Shown here: in pieces, positions 18,785 to 29,749 of the stretch
How positions within the stretch are numbered: position 1 is the first letter of the stretch
Layout: each line of letters opens with the position of its first letter
Source: Spirochaetia bacterium
Lineage (GTDB): Bacteria; Spirochaetota; Spirochaetia; SZUA-6; Bin103
NCBI GenBank assembly: GCA_965203905.1
Contig: CBDBDQ010000005.1
Span: forward strand, 4,064,001 to 4,128,000
Length of the DNA stretch: 64,000 nt
Reading direction: 5' to 3'
Notes under the pieces: model-generated
The model's input: the letters and a program-made list of their open reading frames with translations, nothing else
Databases searched by the model: none
What the model was told of the DNA's origin: nothing
Made by a program: the position numbers and the translations under genes

Positions 18785-19468
18785 GTGGCGGTGGCGGTAG
18801 CGGTACGCGCCACGGGCCTGTGGAAGCACTACCCGAGCGCGGCGGGGCGGCTCACCGTGCTGCGTGGCGTGGACCTGGTCATCGAGCCGGCAGCCACGGT
18901 GGCCATTACCGGCGAGAGCGGATCCGGCAAGAGCACACTGCTGAACATCGTCGCGGGTCTGGATCACTTCGGGCCGGGCAGCGTGCAGGTGGGGGGCGCC
19001 GATCTCGGGATCCTGGATGAGGCCGAGCTGGCGCGCTACCGTCGTTCCCTGGGCTTGATCTTTCAGTTCCACCACCTGCTGCGCGACTTCAGCGCCCTGG
19101 ACAACCTGCTGGTTCCGGCGCTTATCCGCGGCCAGCGGCGCGCCCACGCCCGGCGCCGCGCGCGCGACCTGCTGGCCGCCGTCGGACTGGAGGAGCGCGC
19201 CCACTTCTTCCCGGCGGAGCTGTCCGGGGGTGAGCGCCAGCGGGTGGCCGTGGCCCGCGCTCTGGCCGGCGACCCGGTGCTGGTACTGGCCGATGAGCCT
19301 ACCGGCAACCTGGATGAACGCAACTCGCAGGTGGTAGCCGACCTGCTGTTCGACCTGGTGCGGGAGGAGGGTGCGACCCTGGTGCTGGTCACCCACGATC
19401 CGCTGCTCGCGGCGCGCGCCGACGTCGCGTACCGGCTCGCCGGCGGCGTGCTGCAGCGGGCGCCATGA
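18785..19468 (+). CDS. lolD: LolD-family ABC ATPase
   Basis: GESGSGKST, FQFHHLL, LSGGERQRVA, LADEPTGNLD, VTHD; located between two LolC/E permeases. Confidence 0.85.
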   Translation: MAVAVAVRATGLWKHYPSAAGRLTVLRGVDLVIEPAATVAITGESGSGKSTLLNIVAGLDHFGPGSVQVGGADLGILDEAELARYRRSLGLIFQFHHLLRDFSALDNLLVPALIRGQRRAHARRRARDLLAAVGLEERAHFFPAELSGGERQRVAVARALAGDPVLVLADEPTGNLDERNSQVVADLLFDLVREEGATLVLVTHDPLLAARADVAYRLAGGVLQRAP

Positions 19469-20877
19469 GCGAGGGGACCACCCGGTCCGGCCCTGCCCCC
19501 GCGTGGATGAGCTGGCGCCTGGTGCCGCGGCTGGCATGGCGCTACCTGGTGCGCCGCCGCGGCGCGGCCGGCGCCGGCGCCTACCTTGGCGGGGCCGCGC
19601 TCGGCATCGGGCTGAGCTTGGTGCCGCTGATCGTGGTGCTGGAGGTGTCCGACGGCCTCATCGCGGGGATCACGCGCCGCTTCCTGGAAGTGGGCAGCTA
19701 CCACCTGCAGGTGGGCCTGCCGCCCGGGCTGGAAGCCGACGCCGCGCTGCGGCGGCTGCTGCTGGACGACCTCGCCATGCGTCTGGAGCTGGGGGTTGGC
19801 GCGGTGACCAGTGCCGGCCGCGAACGCCAGGGGGTGGCGCTCGCCGCGGCCGGCGCACGCCGCCACGTGGTGACGGTGCGGGCGCTGGCCGAAGACCTGT
19901 ACCGTCGCGACGCCGGCCTGCGCCACTACCTCGGGGTGGTGGCCGGCGGGTTCGACCTGCAGGGCAGGGGGGTGGTGGTGTCGCGCGAGGTGGCGCGGCA
20001 GCTCGGCCTCCAGGTCGGGGACCGGCTGGCGATGGTGACGGCGCTTGACCGCGGCACCAGCCGCGGGGGCTCGGTGCTGGTGCCCAAGCTCACGCCCCTG
20101 GAGGTGCGCGCCATCGTCGCCACCGGCTACCAGGAACTGGACAAGCTCTGGGTGTTCGTGTCGCATGCCACCGGCGAGCGGTTGCTGCCGCCGGGCAGCG
20201 GACGCGACTTTGTCGGCGTCAAGGTCGATGACCCCTTCGCCGACCTGCGTCCGGTACTGGAGGCCGCGGCGACGGTGGCGGGGCCCGGCCACACGCTCCA
20301 TACCTGGTATCAGCTGGAGCGCGCCAACTACGAGTCGTTCGCCACCAGCCGCGCGCTGCTGCTGCTGATCATGGCGCTGATCGTGGCGGTAGCCGGAGTC
20401 AACGTGGCCTCGGCAACGGTTACCGTGGCGCTGGCACGGCGCCAGGAGGTGGCGTTCCTCAAGAGCCAGGGACTGCCGCCGGAGGTGGTCTTCTGGTCGC
20501 TCACGGGCAGCGGCCTGCTGGCCGGTATCCTCGGCGCCGCGATCGGGATCGCCGGCGGTCTGGCGGCGGCCCTCAACATCAACGAGATCGTGGCCGGTCT
20601 GGAGGCGGTCGCTACCGCCGCACGTTACGCGGCCGCGCTGCTGCTGACGCCCGGCGCCGGCGTCCCGGGTGCGGTGACGCTGATCGACCGCGGCTTCTAC
20701 CTGGAGCAGATCCCGATCGACGTGGAGCTGGTGCCGCTGTGCGTCGTTGCCGGTGGCAGCATCACCCTGGCGGCGGTGGCCACCGCAATCCCCGCCGCGC
20801 GGGCCGCGCGGCGCCTGCCGCTGGAGGTGCTGCGCCGCTCGCAGATGGCCGGGGTCGAGGGGCCGGAGGCGCCGTGA
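19465..20877 (+). CDS. LolC/LolE-family ABC permease
   Basis: IVVLEVSDGLI, IVATGYQELD, RRQEVAFLKSQG, IPAARAARRLPLEVLR. Confidence 0.85.
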   Translation: MSEGTTRSGPAPAWMSWRLVPRLAWRYLVRRRGAAGAGAYLGGAALGIGLSLVPLIVVLEVSDGLIAGITRRFLEVGSYHLQVGLPPGLEADAALRRLLLDDLAMRLELGVGAVTSAGRERQGVALAAAGARRHVVTVRALAEDLYRRDAGLRHYLGVVAGGFDLQGRGVVVSREVARQLGLQVGDRLAMVTALDRGTSRGGSVLVPKLTPLEVRAIVATGYQELDKLWVFVSHATGERLLPPGSGRDFVGVKVDDPFADLRPVLEAAATVAGPGHTLHTWYQLERANYESFATSRALLLLIMALIVAVAGVNVASATVTVALARRQEVAFLKSQGLPPEVVFWSLTGSGLLAGILGAAIGIAGGLAAALNINEIVAGLEAVATAARYAAALLLTPGAGVPGAVTLIDRGFYLEQIPIDVELVPLCVVAGGSITLAAVATAIPAARAARRLPLEVLRRSQMAGVEGPEAP

Positions 20878-20910
20878 GCAGCAGGCTGCCGCGGACCGCT
20901 GCACGCGCCC

Positions 20911-20939
20911 TTGATCGGCTGCGCCGCATGGACTATAAC
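20911..20939 (+). promoter_or_regulatory. candidate sigma70-type promoter upstream of clpC
   Basis: TTGATC-17-TATAAC; a second extended -10 element (TG-G-TATACT) lies at 21113-21121. Confidence 0.5.
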
Positions 20940-21226
20940 GGCTTGCATGGTGCGCCTCTCGCGCTACGTTCCTCACCCCCCGCACCGCCGTTTGCGCGGC
21001 GGCCACGAATCGACGATACTGAATACAGACTCGGCCTCACGCAGGCACCGGAACCCGCTTGCCGGATCGCAGCATCCAGCCCGGCCATGCAGGCGGATAC
21101 ACGGCATGCATGTGGTATACTGAGAGGAGCCGTTACCAGTGACAGCACAGATCCAAGTTCGAGCACGGCATTACGAAGCACACTCGCGGCATCTCGAACG
21201 ATGCTCGCACGATCGGCGGAAATGGC

Positions 21227-23749
21227 ATGTTTAAGGGTTTGACACAGCGGGCGCACAAGGTTCTCACGATCCTGGCTCAGGAAGAAGCAAAGCGGTTTCA
21301 TTCGGAGCAGTCGCTGCCGGAGCACGTGATTCTGGCGTTGCTCAAGGATGGTGAAGGAGTAGCCGTCAAGGCTCTGCAGCGCGTAAAGATCAATGTTGCC
21401 GAAATGCAGATGGAGATCGAGCGCACGGTACCGAAGGGTACCGGAGGGCTGATTCTCGGCGACGTGCCGGCGTCCAAGCGGGCGCGGAAGATGTTGGAGA
21501 CCTCGGCCGAGGAGGCTTCCAGCATGGGTCACGAGCTGATCGGCACCGAGCACTTTCTGCTGGCCGCGGCGCGCGAACGCGACGGGGTGGTGACGCGTTA
21601 CCTGCAGAAGTTCAACGTCACTCCCAACATGCTGCGCGAGGCCATCATCCGCATCAACGGTCTCGGTGACGTGCAGCAGCGCAGCAGCGGCAGCAGCGGG
21701 CAACGGCGGCGCAGCCAGAGCTCCACGCGCAAGCCCACGCCCACGCTGGACGAGTTCAGCCGCGACCTGACCACCCTGGCGCGGGAGGGCAAGCTGGATC
21801 CGGTGATCGGCCGCACCCGTGAGATCCAGCGCGTGATCCAGATACTGGCGCGCCGCACCAAGAACAACCCGGTCCTGATCGGGGAGCCGGGAGTGGGCAA
21901 GACCGCCATCGTCGAAGGCCTGGCCCAGAAAGTGGTCAACGGCACCGCGCCCGACGTGCTCCATGGCCGTCGCGTGCTGACGCTGGACCTCGCGTCCCTG
22001 GTCGCCGGCACCAAGTACCGCGGCGAGTTCGAGGAGCGGCTCAAGCGGGTGATGAAGGAAATCACCGGCGCCGGCAACGTGGTGCTGTTCATCGACGAGC
22101 TGCACACCATCATCGGCGCCGGCGGCGCCGAGGGCGCCATCGACGCCTCCAACATGCTCAAGCCGGCGCTGTCACGTGGCGAGTTGCAGTGTATCGGCGC
22201 CACCACGCTCAACGAGTTCCGCAAGTACATCGAGCGCGACGCCGCGCTGGAGCGCCGCTTCCAGGCGGTGTTCGTGGAAGAGCCCGAGGTCGACGACACC
22301 ATCGAGATTCTCAAGGGCATCAAGGATCGCTACGCCGAGCACCACCAGGTGGTATACACCTACGATTCCCTGGAGTCGGCGGCACAACTCTCGCAACGCT
22401 ACATCAGCGACCGCCACCTTCCGGACAAGGCGATCGACCTGCTGGACGAGGCGGGCGCCCGCAAGCGCATCGACAACAGCGTGCGGCCCAAGGAACTCAC
22501 CGATCTGGACGAGAAGATCGAACGCCTCAACATCGAGAAGAGCAACCTGGTGAACAGCCAGAACTACGAAAAGGCGGCTTCCGTGCGCGACCAGGTGCGC
22601 CAGCTCAAGGCGGACCTCGACAACCGCAAGAAGAAGTGGCAGCAGAACCTGCAGTCGGAACAGCGCCTGGTGGACGTGGAGGATATCCAGCAGGTGATCT
22701 CCGAGATCACCGGGATCCCATTGGCGCGGATCGTGCAGACCGAATCGGAACGCCTGCTCAACATCGAGGAGGAGCTGCACCGGCGCGTAGTCAGCCAGGA
22801 CGAGGCGATATCGGTCATCGCGGCCGCGATCCGGCGTTCGCGCACCGGCCTGTCATCGCCGCGCCGCCCGCTCGGTTCGTTCGTGTTCCTGGGACCGACG
22901 GGGGTCGGCAAGACCCTGGTGGCCAAGACCCTCGCCGAGTTCCTGTTCGGCAACGAGGATGCCCTGGTCCGTATCGACATGTCGGACTTCATGGAGAAGC
23001 ACAACGTCTCCCGGCTGGTGGGCGCGCCGCCGGGTTACGTCGGCTACGAAGAGGGCGGCATGCTCACCGAGCGGATCCGCCGGCGTCCCTACAGCGTGAT
23101 CCTGCTCGACGAAATCGAGAAGGCGCATCCCGACGTGTTCAACCTGCTGCTGCAGGTGCTGGAGGAAGGGCAGCTGCAGGATCAGCTCGGGCATACCGTG
23201 TCATTCCGCAACACGGTGCTGATCATGACCTCCAACGCGGGTGCCCGCGAGATCAGCGCGGAGTCCTCCCTGGGATTCCAGGTCGAGCCGGGCGGCAAGC
23301 AATTCTCGGAGATCCGCTCCCACGTGCTGGCCGAGATGAAGCGGCTGTTCAGCCCCGAGTTCCTGAACCGCATCGACGAGTCGGTGGTGTTCCACTCCTT
23401 GAGCAAGCCGGAGTTGGAGCAGATCCTGGAGCTGGAGCTGAACGACGTGCGGAAGCGCCTCGGCGACCAGCAGATCAGTCTTGAGGTGCGCAAGGAAGCG
23501 TGCGAGTACCTGATGGAGAAGGGCTACGACCCGAGGTACGGTGCGCGGCCGTTGCGCCGGGTGCTGCAGAAGGATATCGAGGACCCCCTGTCGCTGGATA
23601 TCCTGAAGGGCAGGTTCCTGCCGGGGAGCACCGCGGTTGCGTATGTCAGGGACGGCAAGCTGCGGTTCCGCCGCCGGCGTTCCAGCACCGCCAAGGCCCC
23701 TGCCCGCAAACAGACCGCTGAGCTGGTAGGTGCCGGTCAGGAGAAGTAA
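21227..23749 (+). CDS. clpC: ATP-dependent Clp protease ATP-binding subunit ClpC
   Basis: Clp-N repeats, two AAA+ modules ([16 protein letters not shown]), UVR-type linker [13 protein letters not shown] loop, YGARPLRR. Confidence 0.95.
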   Translation: MFKGLTQRAHKVLTILAQEEAKRFHSEQSLPEHVILALLKDGEGVAVKALQRVKINVAEMQMEIERTVPKGTGGLILGDVPASKRARKMLETSAEEASSMGHELIGTEHFLLAAARERDGVVTRYLQKFNVTPNMLREAIIRINGLGDVQQRSSGSSGQRRRSQSSTRKPTPTLDEFSRDLTTLAREGKLDPVIGRTREIQRVIQILARRTKNNPVLIGEPGVGKTAIVEGLAQKVVNGTAPDVLHGRRVLTLDLASLVAGTKYRGEFEERLKRVMKEITGAGNVVLFIDELHTIIGAGGAEGAIDASNMLKPALSRGELQCIGATTLNEFRKYIERDAALERRFQAVFVEEPEVDDTIEILKGIKDRYAEHHQVVYTYDSLESAAQLSQRYISDRHLPDKAIDLLDEAGARKRIDNSVRPKELTDLDEKIERLNIEKSNLVNSQNYEKAASVRDQVRQLKADLDNRKKKWQQNLQSEQRLVDVEDIQQVISEITGIPLARIVQTESERLLNIEEELHRRVVSQDEAISVIAAAIRRSRTGLSSPRRPLGSFVFLGPTGVGKTLVAKTLAEFLFGNEDALVRIDMSDFMEKHNVSRLVGAPPGYVGYEEGGMLTERIRRRPYSVILLDEIEKAHPDVFNLLLQVLEEGQLQDQLGHTVSFRNTVLIMTSNAGAREISAESSLGFQVEPGGKQFSEIRSHVLAEMKRLFSPEFLNRIDESVVFHSLSKPELEQILELELNDVRKRLGDQQISLEVRKEACEYLMEKGYDPRYGARPLRRVLQKDIEDPLSLDILKGRFLPGSTAVAYVRDGKLRFRRRRSSTAKAPARKQTAELVGAGQEK

Positions 23750-23760
23750 CTGCCGCGCAC

Positions 23761-23925
23761 TAGGCAGCCCGTGGCGGAACCCAGTGTCGCACCGAGAGCG
23801 GCGAGGCGCCCGGCTGGCAAGGCGCGACGAACGAGCATATCAGGGCATATGTGAACGAGGAGCAACGCAGCCAGCCGGGATGGATCGCTGCTCGAATGCA
23901 GCCGGAGTTCCGCCACGGGCTGCTA
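23761..23925. mobile_element. ~165-bp MITE-like element with 17-bp terminal inverted repeats
   Basis: GCAGCCCGTGGCGGAAC (23764-23780) and its exact reverse complement GTTCCGCCACGGGCTGC (23907-23923), with TA/TAG outside; no transposase. Confidence 0.75.
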
Positions 23926-23942
23926 AGCCGGCATCCGCGACG

Positions 23943-26921
23943 GTGCCCCGGCTGGCGGCCATCCTGCTGTGGTCGGCCGCCGCCGCAGCCGCCCAGACGG
24001 CACCTGAAGAACTGTTCGAGGACGGCATCGAGGCCTTCGAAGCGGGCCTCTACGAGGTAGCAGCCCGCAACTTTCGTGCGCTGCTGGACTCCGCCCCCGG
24101 GGCACGGGAGGCGGTGCCGGCTTCGTTCCTGGAGGCTCTGAGCCGCTTCTACGCCGCCACCGGCACCGGCGACGCGGAGGCCGCAGCGGCCGCCGCCGCA
24201 CGCTTCGCCGCGCACCAGCGCCAGTTTCCCGACACGCCCTACGGTGACCAGATCTGGTACTGGATCGGCGCGGCCCGCCTGGCGGCGGGCGACGCGGAAG
24301 GCGCGCTCGACGCCTTGCAGCAACATCTGAGCGCGCCCGATGCGGACTCGCGGAAGTACCTGCTGCTGGCGCGTGAAGCCGAGGCCCGCGCGCTGGAGCA
24401 GCTCGGCCGCGGGGTGGAGGCGCTGGAGCGTTACGAGGGGCTGCTCGCCGCGGCCGACACCTCCCCCGATCCCGCGGCGGGACCCCGTTGGCTGGAGCGC
24501 TCCGGCATGTTGCTGCTCGCCCAGGGCAGGTACGCGGCCGCGGCAGAGCGCTTCCGGCGCATCTTCACCGATCATCCGCAATCGCCGCAGGCGCAGGAGG
24601 CGCTGTTCTTCGTCGCCGAGGCGCAGTATTTCGCACAGGACCTCCCCGCCGCCACGGCCGGTTACCGGCGGTACCTGGAGTTCTTTCCCGACGCCGCCTA
24701 CCGCCATACCGCCAGCTTTCGCCTGGCCCGCCTGCTGCTGGATGCCGGTGACCTGGCCGGTGCGCGCCGCTTGACGGAGTCGCTGGCGGCAGGACTTCGC
24801 GCATCCGATGCCGCGCGTGTCCCCGGGGCCGCACCGGGCCCCGCTGATGACCGCGCGGCGATGGCGCTGCTGAGCGGTGACGTCGCCGCGGCCGGCGCCG
24901 ACTGGCGGGCAGCCGTCAGCTCCTACGAGGAGGGGCTGGAGGTGGCCGCAGCCCCCTACCAGCGTCAGGTGCTGGCGATGAACCTGGCCTTGGCCCAGGT
25001 GGAGATCGGTGTTCCGCTGCAGGCGATCGTGAACTTCGAGGAGGCCGCTGCCGGACCCGACTCCTCGATCGCCGAAAGCGCGCACTACAACCGGGCGCTG
25101 CTGCTGGTCGGCGAAGGGCAGCCGGCGGCCGCCGCAATGGCGCTGAATCGGTTCCTGGAACGCTTCCCCGACAGCGAGCATCGGGCGGCTGCCGAGGCTC
25201 TGCTGCTGGACGTGCAGGAGCGTGCGGGCAACCACCGGGGGATGCTCCAGACCCTGGACCGGATGGCCGCCCGGCGCCGCCTGACGCCGCAGGAACAGCA
25301 GCGGCGCGGGACCGCACTGTTGTGGCTGGGGGACGACATTGCCGCGCTCGAGACGCTCGCCCGCAGTAGCGAGGAGCTGCCCCCCGCGGGGCGCGCGGAG
25401 AGCCAGTACCGGATCGGCGCCGTGTATGCGCGGCGCGGAGAGCATGCGCGCGCGGCCCCCTTCTTCAGCGCGGCCCTCGGCGAGGCCGGCGGCAACGACG
25501 AGCTGCGCCAGCGGGCCGGATACGCGCTGGCCGTGACCCACTTCAACACCGGGGAATACGCTCTGGCGTTGGCTCTGCTGGAGGAAGTGACCGACAGCGC
25601 CGAGGGGAGGTGGCTGGCGGACGGCCGCTTCGCCCAGGGGGCGGCGCTGTACCGCCTGGGACGCTCGCGCGAGGCCGCCGAGCACTTCGGACTGGCGGCG
25701 GCGGCCTACGCCGTTCCTCACCCGCCGGAGCGCTCGCGGGAGGACGCGGGAGCGACCGAGGCGGCGCGCGGCTGGCAGGCGCTGGCGCTGTTTCGGGCCG
25801 GCGACTGGGAACCGGCGCGCAGCGTGTTTCGGGAGCTGGCGCGGTCGGCGGCTGCCGACCAGGGCCTGTACTGGTACCGTGCCGGATTGGCATCGGGGCT
25901 GCTGCACGACTTTGCCGCGGCGGAACGGGAGTTGCTGTCCGCGCTGGTGGCGGTGCCCGACGCGGACTCGCTGCGGCCGGCGATCCACTACGAGCTGGCA
26001 CGCCTGCACCTCACGGCCGGCGAGTTGGAGACCGCCGCCGAATGGCTGCAACGCCTGGAGACGGCGTTCCCCGAGCATCGGCTCACCGCCATCGGCCGCT
26101 TGCGGCGGGCCGATACCCTGCGCGACCTGGGACGCCTGCGGGAGGCTGCCGACGCCTATCTCGCCAGCGCGGCGCACAGCGGCGGACAGCGGGAGGATTG
26201 GGCCTCCGGCGTGGCGGAGCTGGCGCGCTACTCGGTCCTGGAGGTGCTGGCGGAGCTGGCGGACGTGACCGGCGTGCTGGAGGCGGCCTGGGGCTATCTG
26301 CTGCACCACCCCTCCGGATCGCGTGCGGAGCAGGTGGCGGCGCGGTTGCAGGCGGCCCTGGCGGCGACAGACGCGGACACCGTGCAGGAGTACTATCGGC
26401 GCGCGACCGCGGTGACGGCAGCCGCGGAGGTGCCCGCGGCGGTGGCGGCCCCGGTGCGGCTGGCCTACGCCGAGGTGCTGCTGGAGCAGGACCTGGCCGC
26501 CGCCGAACGGGTGCTGCGGGAGCAGCTCGAGGCCCCGAGCAGCGAGGACGTGCGCGCCGCCGCACTGCTGCTGTTGGGGCGCGCGTTCGAGACCGGTGGG
26601 CGCTGGGACGAAGCGCAGAGTCTCTACCGCGGCCTGGCGCTCGCGGAACGGGCGCGGGTGGCCGGCCTCGGAGCCTTGGGTGTGGCCCGCGTGCTGGCCG
26701 GCTCCGGCGACGCGGCGGCGGCGGCCGAAGAGTACGGCGCGGTGGCGGTGCGCTTCGCCGAGCAGCCCGAGGTGGCCGCCGAGGCCTGGTACCGCGGCGC
26801 GCTGGCGCATCGCGACGCCGGCGACCCGGAAGCCGTGGCGCTGTTCGTGCGCCGCCTCAGCGAACGGTTCCCGGCGTCGAGCTGGGCGCGGCGCGCGGCC
26901 GAGGAGTTTTCAGCGAGCTGA
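23943..26921 (+). CDS. large exported tetratricopeptide-repeat protein
   Basis: Signal peptide VPRLAAILLWSAAAAAA from GTG 23943; many TPR units (YLEFFPDAAY, FLERFPDSEH, FPASSWA). The ORF-track start at 23730 reads through the MITE. Confidence 0.85.
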   Translation: MPRLAAILLWSAAAAAAQTAPEELFEDGIEAFEAGLYEVAARNFRALLDSAPGAREAVPASFLEALSRFYAATGTGDAEAAAAAAARFAAHQRQFPDTPYGDQIWYWIGAARLAAGDAEGALDALQQHLSAPDADSRKYLLLAREAEARALEQLGRGVEALERYEGLLAAADTSPDPAAGPRWLERSGMLLLAQGRYAAAAERFRRIFTDHPQSPQAQEALFFVAEAQYFAQDLPAATAGYRRYLEFFPDAAYRHTASFRLARLLLDAGDLAGARRLTESLAAGLRASDAARVPGAAPGPADDRAAMALLSGDVAAAGADWRAAVSSYEEGLEVAAAPYQRQVLAMNLALAQVEIGVPLQAIVNFEEAAAGPDSSIAESAHYNRALLLVGEGQPAAAAMALNRFLERFPDSEHRAAAEALLLDVQERAGNHRGMLQTLDRMAARRRLTPQEQQRRGTALLWLGDDIAALETLARSSEELPPAGRAESQYRIGAVYARRGEHARAAPFFSAALGEAGGNDELRQRAGYALAVTHFNTGEYALALALLEEVTDSAEGRWLADGRFAQGAALYRLGRSREAAEHFGLAAAAYAVPHPPERSREDAGATEAARGWQALALFRAGDWEPARSVFRELARSAAADQGLYWYRAGLASGLLHDFAAAERELLSALVAVPDADSLRPAIHYELARLHLTAGELETAAEWLQRLETAFPEHRLTAIGRLRRADTLRDLGRLREAADAYLASAAHSGGQREDWASGVAELARYSVLEVLAELADVTGVLEAAWGYLLHHPSGSRAEQVAARLQAALAATDADTVQEYYRRATAVTAAAEVPAAVAAPVRLAYAEVLLEQDLAAAERVLREQLEAPSSEDVRAAALLLLGRAFETGGRWDEAQSLYRGLALAERARVAGLGALGVARVLAGSGDAAAAAEEYGAVAVRFAEQPEVAAEAWYRGALAHRDAGDPEAVALFVRRLSERFPASSWARRAAEEFSAS

Positions 26922-26935
26922 AGGGTCGGCTGCGA

Positions 26936-28177
26936 TCAGCCGGCGGGGGCGCGCAGCAGTGCGGCGCGCAGTGCGCGCCGCCGGCTCTCGCGTACCGGGG
27001 TGAACGGGCGGCGCCGGGCCAGCAGCGGTGCGATGGCGGGCGCCGGCCCATACAGGACGACGTTGCCCGCGGGGGTCACCAGCGGCACCAGCCGCGCCAT
27101 CAGGGTGCGCCGTGCAGCGGCGTTCAAGTCGGCATCGGGGTGCAGCAGGGCGAGATCGTGGGGCGGCGTGGTGGCGGTGTCCAGGGTGATCTCGTGGCGC
27201 AGGGTGAGCGCCGTCTCCGCCACCCCGTTGGCCGTGAGGTTGGCGCGCGTGGCGAGGAGCTGCAGGGCATCGCGGCTCGCCAGCGTAAGGCGCAGCGCGC
27301 CGCCGGTAGGCTCGGGCCGGCCCGCCGCCCAGGTTCGCGCCAGCCACACCGGCAGGTGGCCCTGACCCGGGTTCCAGGCCAGCACCGACAGTGCCGCCGC
27401 GGGCGGCGGCAGGGCGTTGCGGCGCAGCAGGGTCGCCGTGAGCTGCAGCAGGTGGCTGGGGGTGTCGAAGTCGGGCAGCCCGTACAACGTGGCGAGCGGA
27501 TAGCTGAGGCCGCCAATGGCGACATCGCCCTGGTGGCGGCGATAGGCCGTCAGCGCGGTTGCGGCCGGCGGTCGGGCGAGTGAGCGCGGCCGGCCGTGGA
27601 ACACGGCGTGGCGGTTGCCGTGGTGCTCGTGGATCAGCTCCGCGACGGCGCCCAGGCCGCGGCGTACTTCGTCAGCCAGGGGGGCCACGACCACCACGGC
27701 TATCCGCCCGCCGGGCGCGGTCGCCTCCGCGGCCGCCGCCAGCAGCCGCGCCAGCACCGGGGCGCCGGCCTTGGCGGGCAGGTTGGAAACCACCAGTTGG
27801 TGGCGCGCGGGTTCCCGCGAGCCGTCCAGATCGGTGGTGTCCACCCCACCGCGGGTCGTGCAGGCAACGCCGTTGGCCGCGGCGTTGTGGGCGGTTACGG
27901 CGAGCGCCAGGGCGTCCCGGTCGCGCGCGCTCAATGCCGCCGCGAACTGTTTCGCCAGCGCCACCCCCAGCACGCCGGCGCCACAGCCCAGATCGAGAAT
28001 CGACTGCAGGCGGCCCCGCTCCTCCGGATGCGCGGCCAACTCGCGCACCACGCTGGCGAGCAGCAGGCGCGAACCGGTGTCTACGTCGTAACTGCTGAAC
28101 AGGGACTGCGACAGCGCCAGCCGCAGGGTGTGCCCCTCGAACCGGAAGGCGACCGTCTTGTGGAGGTATTCTTTCAC
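26936..28177 (-). CDS. class I SAM-dependent methyltransferase (small MTase/RsmC-like)
   Basis: LFSSYDVDTGSRLLL, ILDLGCGAGVLG, VVSNLPAK; GTG start 5 nt after the efp stop. Confidence 0.8.
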   Translation of the reverse strand: MKEYLHKTVAFRFEGHTLRLALSQSLFSSYDVDTGSRLLLASVVRELAAHPEERGRLQSILDLGCGAGVLGVALAKQFAAALSARDRDALALAVTAHNAAANGVACTTRGGVDTTDLDGSREPARHQLVVSNLPAKAGAPVLARLLAAAAEATAPGGRIAVVVVAPLADEVRRGLGAVAELIHEHHGNRHAVFHGRPRSLARPPAATALTAYRRHQGDVAIGGLSYPLATLYGLPDFDTPSHLLQLTATLLRRNALPPPAAALSVLAWNPGQGHLPVWLARTWAAGRPEPTGGALRLTLASRDALQLLATRANLTANGVAETALTLRHEITLDTATTPPHDLALLHPDADLNAAARRTLMARLVPLVTPAGNVVLYGPAPAIAPLLARRRPFTPVRESRRRALRAALLRAPAG

Positions 28178-28182
28178 TGCTC

Positions 28183-28743
28183 CTACGAGGAGCGCTCGAC
28201 ATACTCCCCGGTCTCGGTGTTCACCACGATGCGGTCTCCATCCTTGATGAACAGCGGTACCTTGACCTTGAGGTCGGTGACCGTGGTAGCGACCTTGGTG
28301 ACCCCCGTGGCGGTGTCGCCGCGCTCGGCGTGCGGGGCGTCCTTCACCTCCAGCGCCATCTTGATCGGCAGCTTGATGTCCAGCGGCTTCTCGTCCCACA
28401 CCACGATCTGATAGGTCTCGCCATCGAGCAGGAAGGGGAGGCGCTCCTCCAGCCCCTCGACCGGCACCGTGAACTGGTCGTAGGTCTCCTCGTTCATGAA
28501 GACGTAGCCGTCACCGTCGGTGTACAGATACTGCGAGGGAACGGTGTCGATCTCCACGTCCTCCACCGACTCCTGGCTCTTGTTCACCTGCCGCACCACC
28601 AGTCCGGTGCGGATGTTCTTGAGTTTCAGCCGCACGAATGCCGACCCCTTGCCCGGGTTGACGAATTCCCGCTCCGTCACCAGGTGAGGAGTGCCCTTTA
28701 CGAGCAGATACATGCCCTTGTCCACTGCGCCCGCTTTTACCAT
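28183..28743 (-). CDS. efp: translation elongation factor P
   Basis: NPGKGSAFVRLKLKN, RGDTATG, VPLFIKDGD, TGEYVER. Confidence 0.97.
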   Translation of the reverse strand: MVKAGAVDKGMYLLVKGTPHLVTEREFVNPGKGSAFVRLKLKNIRTGLVVRQVNKSQESVEDVEIDTVPSQYLYTDGDGYVFMNEETYDQFTVPVEGLEERLPFLLDGETYQIVVWDEKPLDIKLPIKMALEVKDAPHAERGDTATGVTKVATTVTDLKVKVPLFIKDGDRIVVNTETGEYVERSS

Positions 28744-28760
28744 GGTTCGCGCCCACCATA

Positions 28761-29747
28761 TCAGAACAGCTCGGCGCAGGCCATGACGGGACCGATGGCG
28801 GGGAGCCCGAGCAGCAGCGCGTAGAGCCGGTCCACGCCGAGCGCCACGCCGGAGCACGCGCCCGCCGCCGCGAACGCCCGCGCCAATCCGAGGTCGGGGC
28901 GCGGCACCACCCGCGCCGCCCGCTGCCGCCGCGCCTCGCGCTCCAGCAGGGAGCGCAGCGCCGCCGCGTCGGTCTCCTCCTGGAAGCAGTTGGCCACCTC
29001 GATGCCGGCCAGGTACAGCTCCCAGCGCATGGCGTGGACGCCGTCAGCGTGCGTTGCCGCCAGGGTCGGAATCCGCGCCGGGTAGTCGAGCACCGCCAGC
29101 GGGCGGTCGCGGGCGATCCGCGGCTCGATGCAGGTCAGAAAGATGCGGTTGAAGAGCTGCTCCCAGGTGTCACCCGCGGTGGCGGGCAGCTCCAGCCGGC
29201 GCGCGACCGCCCGCAGCCCCGCGGCCGACGCCTGCGCCGGATCGAGTCCCAGTTCGTCCTGCCACAGGCGCGCCATCGACACCTGCTGCAGGGGTGGGCG
29301 CGTGGCCGGCGCGCCGCGCACCCCCAGCACCTCGACTTCGGCGTGCAGGGCGGCCAGGAGCCGCTCGGTGCGGGCCAGCGAGTCGTGGTAGCTCTCGCCG
29401 GCGGCGTACCACTCCAGCATGGTGAACTCGTGGCGGTGGAACGGCCCCTGCTCCTCCACGTTGCGGAAGCAGTGCGCCAGTTGGTACACCCGCGGCATCC
29501 CGGCCGCCACCAGCCGCTTCATCCACAGCTCCGGCGACGGCGTCAGCCAGAGCGGCCGCGAACTGCCGTCGGCATGCCGCTGCTCGCTCGCGAACACGTC
29601 GATGGAGGGCTCCGGAATCAGCCACGGCGCCAGCAGCGGCGTCTCCACCTCGACGAAGCCCGCCTCCTCGAAGAACGCCCGCACGCGCCGGTTCAGCCGC
29701 GCTCGGCACCGCAGCAGGGACAGACCGTCGTGACCGTGTTCCTTCAT
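28761..29747 (-). CDS. epmA: EF-P lysine aminoacylase (EpmA/GenX)
   Basis: FVEVETPLL, LTPSPELWMKRL, CFRN...HRHEFTMLEWY, EVANCFQE, SGVALGVDRL; no anticodon-binding domain; adjacent to efp. Confidence 0.92.
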   Translation of the reverse strand: MKEHGHDGLSLLRCRARLNRRVRAFFEEAGFVEVETPLLAPWLIPEPSIDVFASEQRHADGSSRPLWLTPSPELWMKRLVAAGMPRVYQLAHCFRNVEEQGPFHRHEFTMLEWYAAGESYHDSLARTERLLAALHAEVEVLGVRGAPATRPPLQQVSMARLWQDELGLDPAQASAAGLRAVARRLELPATAGDTWEQLFNRIFLTCIEPRIARDRPLAVLDYPARIPTLAATHADGVHAMRWELYLAGIEVANCFQEETDAAALRSLLEREARRQRAARVVPRPDLGLARAFAAAGACSGVALGVDRLYALLLGLPAIGPVMACAELF

Positions 29748-29749
29748 CT

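Noticed and set aside
23730-23942. N-terminal extension of the TPR protein
   Set aside because: It overlaps the clpC end and the MITE-like element; a clean signal peptide starts at GTG 23943.
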